The notes under the pieces are model-generated. The model searched no databases and had not been told where the DNA came from. It saw only the letters and a program-made list of their open reading frames with translations. A program made the position numbers and the translations under genes. This document shows, in pieces, positions 63,857 to 64,000 of a stretch of DNA of 64,000 nt. The stretch comes from Epiperipatus broadwayi (Eukaryota > Animalia > Onychophora): positions 1,612,001 to 1,676,000 of the forward strand of contig JAQFVV010000006.1 in assembly GCA_028023455.1 (NCBI GenBank), read 5' to 3'. How positions within the stretch are numbered: position 1 is the first letter of the stretch; each line of letters opens with the position of its first letter.

Positions 63857-64000
63857 TTATATATACAGTATACAGTATTATAGATTCAGTAATTATAGAT
63901 ATTTTAAGTTTATACATTCTATATTCAAAATACTGAATGCAGCACTAACATTATGTTTTATGAATAAAATATTGTATGTGTTTACAATTACAGCAAAGTC

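Overview
AT-rich eukaryotic genomic DNA, most consistent with a large-genome insect (inference from composition and repeat content), and almost entirely non-coding. The only host coding sequence I can support is two in-phase exons of a DEAD-box helicase of the DDX55/Spb4 type on the + strand (46669-46761 and 58582-58696, joined by an 11.8 kb GT-AG intron). The rest is probably intron of that gene, filled with mobile-element debris: RTE-type LINE 3' ends, a tRNA-derived SINE family, an internally deleted mariner, a degenerate satellite and possible LTR/LINE relics. The dominant unusual signal is about 30 minimal type-I hammerhead ribozyme (HHR) motifs (CUGANGA-stem II-GAAA-palindromic stem III-UH), read by eye, in at least five short repeat families. 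Two of these families are physically linked to Penelope-like GIY-YIG endonuclease C-termini. The repeats occur as head-to-head inverted cassettes and as tandem ORF-less monomers (191 nt and about 431-437 nt), and several whole cassettes are bracketed by 13-15 bp target-site duplications (TSDs). Highlights: (i) an HHR family whose core reads AUGAAUA, an apparent compensatory A3:U8 swap of the C3:G8 pair, seen at two loci; (ii) a Penelope 3' end in which a tRNA-like Pol III module lies between the GIY-YIG stop codon and the HHR; (iii) retrozyme-like tandem dimers; (iv) a tendency, not statistically established, for the host-sense ribozyme of each inverted pair to be the damaged one. All structures were read manually, with no folding or database searches. 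Boundaries of degenerate repeats are approximate.
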